NCBI GenBank assembly: GCA_951812955.1
Contig: OX638340.1
Location: forward strand, 2,368,001 to 2,432,000
Length of the DNA: 64,000 nucleotides
Source: an uncultured Gemmatimonadota bacterium
GTDB taxonomy: Bacteria > JAAXHH01
Direction of reading: 5' to 3'
In this document: positions 58,497 through 64,000 of the stretch, in pieces
How positions within the stretch are numbered: position 1 is the stretch's first letter
How the letters are laid out: each line of letters starts with the position of its first letter
Translations under genes and position numbers: made by a program
Notes under the pieces: model-generated
What the model was told of the DNA's origin: nothing
Seen by the model: the letters and a program-made list of their open reading frames with translations, nothing else
Databases searched by the model: none

Positions 58497-58823
58497 ATGC
58501 GAGATGATGGACTTGCAGGTAGGATACGTCCTTTGCTTTCACAGCTTCCGGGTTACTCAGAGAAATACATGTTCGGCGGCGTCTGCTTCATGATCAACGG
58601 CAACATGTGCGCGGGAACATGGAAGGACTCGCTGATCGTACGGCTCGAACGGGATAAGCACGACGAGACGCTGGCCGAACCGCACACGAAACCCGCCGAC
58701 ATCGCGGGTCGGGCCATGAGAGGATGGGCACTTGTGGAACCGGAAGGGATCGCGAGTGAGGATGACCTGGAAACGTGGGTAGCCCGCGCCGCCGATTACG
58801 CCGGTTCTCTGCCGGCGAAGTAG
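58497..58823 (+). CDS. TfoX/Sxy N-terminal-domain protein
   Basis: EKYMFGGVCFMINGNMCAG matches the TfoX_N core. 108 aa. Confidence 0.65.
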   Translation: MRDDGLAGRIRPLLSQLPGYSEKYMFGGVCFMINGNMCAGTWKDSLIVRLERDKHDETLAEPHTKPADIAGRAMRGWALVEPEGIASEDDLETWVARAADYAGSLPAK

Positions 58824-58881
58824 GCGAATCGGTACCGGCCATTTTCAGGTTCGAATGGATGAAGATTGCTGGTCCGCGTGG

Positions 58882-58943
58882 CGGCTGTTAGCAAGTCCAG
58901 GTTGCGGCTGATTGCAAGTTTTTAACCGTCCAAGTGCAAGTTT
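58882..58943. repeat. three copies of a CGTCCAAKTGCAAGTT / GGCTGATTGCAAGTTT-type repeat at the 3' end of the ATPase gene
   Basis: The last copy encodes the ATPase C-terminus (NLHLDG*). The sequence is homologous to the array upstream of the same gene. Confidence 0.5.
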
Positions 58944-60244
58944 GAGGCGGTTTCTACCGGATTCTCCCAAAGCAAACTGACCGGCGCAACCGTCAGTCCT
59001 TCTCCAAAACTCCAACACTTTTCTCCGTCATAAAGCACCACGCCGCCGGCGAACCGGTCACCAGCTGCATCCTTCAGCTTGCGCAATCCGTGGAAATCCG
59101 AAGCGCGTACAGTACTTGACGCTTTCACTTCCACACCCGCAACGGCCATTGTCCCCTTCTCGATCACCAGGTCTACCTCAACCTTGTCCTTGTCCCGATA
59201 GTGATAAAATGTCAGCGTATCATCAGACCAACTGGCCTGTCGTTTTAACTCTTGAAACACGAATGATTCCAGATACTGTCCGAATAGATCCCGATCTTTC
59301 TTCAGCGCCTCGCTGCTCGCACCGATCACGGCGCATCCGATTCCCGTGTCGCAGACATGCAGCTTCGGTGCCTTGACCATTCTCTTCAATCGATTGTTCT
59401 GCCATGCGGGTATCCGTTCCAGCAGGAAGATTCTTTCAAGGATCTCTACATACTTACCTATGGTCGGTCGGCTGAGGCTAAAGGTGGAGGACATGTCCTG
59501 AAGATTGTACAACCTTGCTGTTTGAGTCGCTGCAACAGAGAGGAGTCGAATCATGGCTCCATGATCACTTATCTTGGCTATGTCACGTACATCCCTTTGA
59601 AGTTGTGTTTCAACATAGTTCAGGTACCAATTGCGTCTTCTACCCTCGGTTGAGCGAGCCAACGCGGCCGGGAATCCTCCAGCTACGATTCTATCGGCCA
59701 GTCGGTCCGACGCTCCGGCCAACTCTGGCGCTTTAAGATCACCAGAAAACAATCGATCAAGAAAGGTGGGATGCTGACCCGACAGTTCACACTGGGCCAG
59801 TGGGTGGAGTCTGATGATCTCCAGCCGCCCCGCAAGAGAATCCGATACTCGTGGCACGAGCAGTACCTGCGATGATCCCGTTAGCAGAAACCGGCCGGGA
59901 ATCCGATCACGGTCGATCGCCATTTTCAAAGCGGTGAATATGGAAGGCGCCCGCTGAACCTCATCCAGAATTACTCTGCCAGGCAAATCGTTAACGAAGC
60001 CTATTGGATCTCTTTCCGCGGCTTCGCGTGCTGTTTCATCGTCAAAGGTAATGTAGTTGGCACCGCCCCATTCAATGACCGTTTCGCCGCCCCATACTAT
60101 GGTTTGCGACGGATTCATCATTCTCGCCAAGGTGGTCTTGCCACACTGTCTCGGACCGTGGATCAGGACGGCCGGCGAATCGGCAAGCGCCTCTTTCAGT
60201 GGGTGTTCCGCGTAACGCGGATAGAGTTTGGTCTCGGATGTCAT
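58922..60244 (-). CDS. AAA+ ATPase (COG1373-type; AAA_14 + DUF4143-like)
   Basis: Walker A GPRQCGKTT, Walker B VILDEVQ and a C-terminal restriction-endonuclease-like region. The start is ambiguous between M at 60244 and M at 60319. Confidence 0.75.
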   Translation of the reverse strand: MTSETKLYPRYAEHPLKEALADSPAVLIHGPRQCGKTTLARMMNPSQTIVWGGETVIEWGGANYITFDDETAREAAERDPIGFVNDLPGRVILDEVQRAPSIFTALKMAIDRDRIPGRFLLTGSSQVLLVPRVSDSLAGRLEIIRLHPLAQCELSGQHPTFLDRLFSGDLKAPELAGASDRLADRIVAGGFPAALARSTEGRRRNWYLNYVETQLQRDVRDIAKISDHGAMIRLLSVAATQTARLYNLQDMSSTFSLSRPTIGKYVEILERIFLLERIPAWQNNRLKRMVKAPKLHVCDTGIGCAVIGASSEALKKDRDLFGQYLESFVFQELKRQASWSDDTLTFYHYRDKDKVEVDLVIEKGTMAVAGVEVKASSTVRASDFHGLRKLKDAAGDRFAGGVVLYDGEKCWSFGEGLTVAPVSLLWENPVETASNLHLDG

Positions 60245-60351
60245 TTTCGTAACGGGCTTTCGAGTAAGTTCCGTTCCTGATCGCATTGTACTGAGTGGTA
60301 CGTTCAATTCTTCTACCATGGCTTCCTGTTGTAAAATCTAATCCTTTCATC

Positions 60352-60440
60352 GGCTGATTGCAAGTTTATAATCGTCCAAGTGCAAGTTATCACCCGTCCA
60401 ATTGCAAGTTTAATTGCCGTCCAAGTGCAAGTTATCGATC
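60352..60440. repeat. array of four roughly 22-bp direct repeats (core CGTCCAAKTGCAAGTTW) upstream of the ATPase gene and downstream of dnaE2
   Basis: GGCTGATTGCAAGTTTATAAT, CGTCCAAGTGCAAGTTATCAC, CCGTCCAATTGCAAGTTTAATTG and CCGTCCAAGTGCAAGTTATCGAT. Confidence 0.55.
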
Positions 60441-60483
60441 AGTAACATGTTGAAATCATATCATTTAACCATTTATAATCTCC

Positions 60484-63400
60484 TCAACGAAAATCCCGAC
60501 TCCGAAGCCGCAGCGTCCGGTCCTCCAGCCTCGGGTCCCAGACCGCCTCGGCCACGAGGTGGACCACCCCTTCGCCCACCTGCAGGTTTCCGGTCACGCC
60601 TAAGCAGGGAAGCGTCCTGACCAGCGAGGAATAGTACTCGAATACTTTCTCCCAGATGACCAGATTCACGAACCCCGTTTCGTCCTCCAGTGTCATGAAG
60701 GTGACGCCCTGGGCAGTCCCCGGACGCTGACGGCAGATGACCATGCCCACGTAATGGACCAGGCTGCCGTCCGGCATCCCGTTGAGTTCCCGTGCCGCGG
60801 GCAGTCCCTGGGCGGCCAGACCGGGGCGCAGCGGTTCCAAGAGGTGGCCCAGAACGCTGTGGTCGCTGACCTGATGATCCCAGACGATAGTTTCCAGGCT
60901 GCCCAGGGAGGGAAACCGGGGAGGGGAGGTGCGGCTGTCGAGCGGCAGCGCGGGCGGCTGCCGGGTTTTGGTACCCAGGACCTGCCATAAGGCGCCGCGG
61001 CGGTCTAGGCCGAAACACGCGAAGGCACCCGCCTCGGCCAGGGACTCCAACTTGTCCTCGTGGAGTCCGCTCCGCCGGGCGACGTCCGGAAGGTCCCGGA
61101 AGGGGGTCCGCTCCATAGCCCGGATCAGTTTCTCCCAGTCTCCTTTGCTCAGTCTCTGGACATAGCGCAGTCCCATGCGCACCGCGAACCGGGCGCAACC
61201 CTCACCGCCATCCCCGGCACCGCCCCTGCTATCGTTCCCTGTACTGCCTCCGCTATCGCCCGCGTCTTCCGCTTCAATCTCCTCCAGGGTGCAGTCCCAG
61301 CGGCTGTGAAGAATGCTCACCGGCCGCACTTCCACCCCGTGTATCCGGGCGTCGTTGACGATGGTGGCGGGCGAGTAGAATCCCATGGGCTGGGCGTTCA
61401 GCAGGGCGCAGGTGAACTCCGCCGGGTAGTGGCAGCGCAGGTAGGCGGTGGCGTAGGCGATGTGGGCGAAGCTGGCGGCGTGGCTTTCCGGGAACCCGTA
61501 CTCGCCGAACCCCCGGATCTGCTGGAAGACGCGTTCGCCGAATTCCTGCTTGATGCCCTTCCTCATCATGCGCGTGACCAGCCGTTCCCGGTGCCGTTCG
61601 ATCCGTCCCGAGCGCCGCCAGGCGGCCATGTCCCGCCGGAGCTGGTCGGCCTCGCCGGGGGTGTAGTCCGCCGCCACCATGGCCAGTTGCATCACCTGCT
61701 CCTGGAAGAGGGGCACGCCCAGGGTCTTCTCCAGGACGGGCACGAGGCACTCGTGGGGATAGGTGACTTCCTCCACTCCGTTGCGCCGACGCAGGTAGGG
61801 ATGGACCATGCCGCCCGTGATGGGCCCGGGACGGACGATGCTGATCTCGATCACAAGGTCATAGTAGGTGCGCGGCTTCAGGCGCCCCAGCATGGCCATC
61901 TGGGCCCGGCTCTCGATCTGGAACACCCCCACCGTGTCGCTGCGGCAGATCAGGTCGAAGGTGGCGGCATCCCCCCGGGGGAGCTTGGCCAGAGAGAGGT
62001 CTATCCGGCGGTGCCGCCGCAGGAGGTCGAAGCCGAGGTGCAACAGGTTGAGGGCGCCCAGGCCCAGGAGGTCCACCTTGAACAGTCCCGCGTCTTCCAC
62101 ATCCTCCTTGTCCCACTGGATCACGGTCCGCCCCTCCATGGTGGCGTTCTCGATGGGCACCAGGTCATGGACGGGATAATGGCCCAGCATGAAGCCCCCG
62201 GGATGGATGGAGAGATGGCGGGGAAAATCCTGGATCTCCCGCACCAGGACGTTCAGGTGGAGCAGGGCCGGGTTTTCGGGATCGAGGCCTGCCTGCCGGA
62301 TGAAGGCCCCGTCCCAGCGTTCGTGAGCTATCAGCTTGGCCAGACGGTCCAGGCTGGTTGCTGGTATCTCCAGTACCTTGCCCACCTCCCGGATGGCGGA
62401 CCGGTGGCGGTAACGGACGACGTTGGCCACCATGGCGGCGTGGGTGCGCCCGTACTTCTGGTACACGTGCCGGATCACCTCTTCCCGGCGGTTGTGTTCG
62501 ATGTCCAGGTCGATGTCCGGCGGCTCCGCCCTTTCCCTCGACAGAAAACGCTCGAAGAGGAGGTCCACCTGGGTGGGGTCCACGCTGGTGATGCCCAGGG
62601 AGAAGCAGACAGCGGAGTTGGCCGCCGATCCGCGGCCCTGGCAGAGGATCTTCTCGCGGCGGCAGTATTCCACGATCTCGTGCATGGTCAGGAAATACCC
62701 CTCGTACTCCAATTCCCGGATCAGGGCGAGTTCTTTCTTCAACTGGGGAGTCAGTTGCTTACTTTTGCCGGGCAGGCGGCGTTCCGCGCCCGCGAAGGTG
62801 CGTTCCTCCAGGTACTGGATGGACGTCTTGCCTTTTGGCAGGCGCTCCAGCGGGTAGCGGTAGCGCAGTTCCCCGAGGGAGAAGGTGCAGCGGTCGGCTA
62901 TCTCAAGGGTGCGTTCGAGGGACGCCGGGTCATCGCCGAAGAGCCGCGCCATGTCTTCCGATCCCTTCAGGGCGTACTGGTCGTTCGGCCGGAGGAGGCG
63001 CCCGGCCGCGGGCAGCGTCACGCCCTCCCGGATGCAGGTCAGCACGTCCTGCAGGGGACGCCGTTCGGGCGCGTGGTAGAGCACCTCCACGGCAGCCACG
63101 GTGGGCAGTCCGAAGCGGTCCGCCAGCTCCCGGAGACGAAACTCCTTCAGGATCTCCTCCGCCCTGCGATGCCGGGCCAGGACCACGTACAGGCGGTCTT
63201 TGAAGGCCGCGCGGAGTGGTTCGAGGATAGGGGCGAGGCTGGGGTCTGCAAGGGGCGGCGCGGACTCGGAAAGACCCGATTCGGGGGACGCGCCCTCAAG
63301 GGGCGGCGGGGACGCGTCGGCGGCTCCGGGCGCCGTCGATTCAGGCACGCCGCGCGATTTCAAGTCTCCAGCGCCAGGCGCGGACCCGACGGTGACCGTT

Positions 63401-63882
63401 CCAGAGCCGGACGATCCAGATCCCCCGATCCACAGGGCGATCAACCCCGGGCTGTGGCGGCACACTTCCTCCCAACTCACCCGGCAGTTCCCCTTGGCGC
63501 CGCGCAGGTGCCCGGCGGTCAGCAGCCGGCAGAGCTGGGCGTAGCCGTCCCGGTTCTGGACCAGCAGCAGGATCTCCGAGCCGTCCCGGAGGCTGACCTG
63601 CGATCCCACGACCAGGTGGACGTCCAGTTCCCGGGCGCGGACGTGGGCCCGCACGATGCCGTACACCCCGTTGCGGTCGGTGAGGACCAGGGACGGAAGG
63701 TCCAGGCGGCGGCAGGCCTCCACCAGTTCCTCGGGATGGCTGGCCCCTTCCAGGAAGGAGTAGTTGCTCTTGCACCAGAGGGGCGCGTAGGAGGGAGCTG
63801 GAGACACAAATCCATTCGTGGCCGCCGGACGCGACCCGGTTTTTGTTTTCTCGGTATTCATGATGATCTCAGCGGCCGACAA
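60484..63882 (-). CDS. dnaE2: error-prone DNA polymerase III alpha-family (DnaE2/ImuC)
   Basis: PHP domain at the N-terminus ([29 protein letters not shown]), the DnaE2-type polymerase core, and a C-terminal OB fold. 1132 aa, with a Gly/Ser/Pro-rich insert. Confidence 0.85.
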   Translation of the reverse strand: MSAAEIIMNTEKTKTGSRPAATNGFVSPAPSYAPLWCKSNYSFLEGASHPEELVEACRRLDLPSLVLTDRNGVYGIVRAHVRARELDVHLVVGSQVSLRDGSEILLLVQNRDGYAQLCRLLTAGHLRGAKGNCRVSWEEVCRHSPGLIALWIGGSGSSGSGTVTVGSAPGAGDLKSRGVPESTAPGAADASPPPLEGASPESGLSESAPPLADPSLAPILEPLRAAFKDRLYVVLARHRRAEEILKEFRLRELADRFGLPTVAAVEVLYHAPERRPLQDVLTCIREGVTLPAAGRLLRPNDQYALKGSEDMARLFGDDPASLERTLEIADRCTFSLGELRYRYPLERLPKGKTSIQYLEERTFAGAERRLPGKSKQLTPQLKKELALIRELEYEGYFLTMHEIVEYCRREKILCQGRGSAANSAVCFSLGITSVDPTQVDLLFERFLSRERAEPPDIDLDIEHNRREEVIRHVYQKYGRTHAAMVANVVRYRHRSAIREVGKVLEIPATSLDRLAKLIAHERWDGAFIRQAGLDPENPALLHLNVLVREIQDFPRHLSIHPGGFMLGHYPVHDLVPIENATMEGRTVIQWDKEDVEDAGLFKVDLLGLGALNLLHLGFDLLRRHRRIDLSLAKLPRGDAATFDLICRSDTVGVFQIESRAQMAMLGRLKPRTYYDLVIEISIVRPGPITGGMVHPYLRRRNGVEEVTYPHECLVPVLEKTLGVPLFQEQVMQLAMVAADYTPGEADQLRRDMAAWRRSGRIERHRERLVTRMMRKGIKQEFGERVFQQIRGFGEYGFPESHAASFAHIAYATAYLRCHYPAEFTCALLNAQPMGFYSPATIVNDARIHGVEVRPVSILHSRWDCTLEEIEAEDAGDSGGSTGNDSRGGAGDGGEGCARFAVRMGLRYVQRLSKGDWEKLIRAMERTPFRDLPDVARRSGLHEDKLESLAEAGAFACFGLDRRGALWQVLGTKTRQPPALPLDSRTSPPRFPSLGSLETIVWDHQVSDHSVLGHLLEPLRPGLAAQGLPAARELNGMPDGSLVHYVGMVICRQRPGTAQGVTFMTLEDETGFVNLVIWEKVFEYYSSLVRTLPCLGVTGNLQVGEGVVHLVAEAVWDPRLEDRTLRLRSRDFR

Positions 63883-64000
63883 GGCTGGACAGGACCGAAA
63901 GGATCAAAGAGATTCCGGCCATCATTCCACCCGGCCCTGGACGTACCAGCGGCCCCGCCGGTGGTCGTAATAGACCCAGAGGGTTTCGCCCCGGGCGGTA

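Noticed and set aside
60350-60440. CRISPR array
   Set aside because: The repeats are only 16-22 bp. They are separated by 4-6-bp variable linkers rather than about 30-bp unique spacers. A copy lies inside a coding 3' end, and no cas genes are present.
1-64000. tRNA, rRNA or other structured RNA genes
   Set aside because: No cloverleaf-compatible intergenic segment and no rRNA-like conserved stretch was seen. All intergenic gaps are short or AT-rich promoters or repeats. This was not verified with tRNAscan or Infernal.

Overview
This 64-kb window comes from a high-GC bacterial chromosome (about 65% GC), probably a metagenome-assembled genome. Coding density is high and most genes are housekeeping or metabolic. 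These include cysS, murD (outside a dcw cluster), hbd, transketolase, a class-I fructose-bisphosphate aldolase, an FGGY sugar kinase, a hisC-like aminotransferase, acpH, a sarcosine/N-methyltryptophan-oxidase-like enzyme, three phytanoyl-CoA dioxygenase (PhyH) paralogs, a UPF0182 membrane protein, a glycoside hydrolase family 32 (GH32) fructosidase, a D-cysteine desulfhydrase-like enzyme, an M20 amidohydrolase, an M24 aminopeptidase, the large helicase Lhr and the error-prone polymerase DnaE2.

Several low-GC accessory islets sit inside this backbone:
- 4.4-5.5 kb: a HigB (Gp49-type) / HigA toxin-antitoxin pair behind a textbook sigma70 promoter.
- 19.1-20.9 kb: a roughly 42% GC two-gene cassette encoding an OLD/ABC-type AAA ATPase and a small TOPRIM-like (RloB/DUF4276-like) protein. 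This is a candidate antiphage defence module, with a Fic protein nearby.
- 32.2-38.2 kb: three genes for secreted proteins, ending in a 1557-aa lipoprotein with two Big_2 domains, three plant-type leucine-rich-repeat (LRR) arrays and a C-terminal metzincin-like HELGHNxxLGH protease domain. The LRR arrays are near-identical 72-bp DNA repeats. An orphan HigA-like gene sits at the island edge.
- 55.1-60.5 kb: a nuclease/toxin-antitoxin/competence cluster with a GIY-YIG (Cho-like) nuclease, vapBC with a palindromic operator, a PolB-like 3'-5' exonuclease, a TfoX-N protein, and a COG1373 ATPase bracketed by about 38-bp direct repeats, next to dnaE2.

An operon of two paralogous ABC exporters, each with an unusual PH-like plus zinc-ribbon N-terminal extension, is followed by a 182-aa partner protein. 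The window also shows a recurring habit of short tandem DNA duplications. They occur inside genes as low-complexity inserts (MurD, Lhr, DnaE2, PfkB kinase), across two stop codons, and in promoters.

No rRNA, tRNA or CRISPR array was found. All functional calls rest on motif and family recognition by eye, without database searches.
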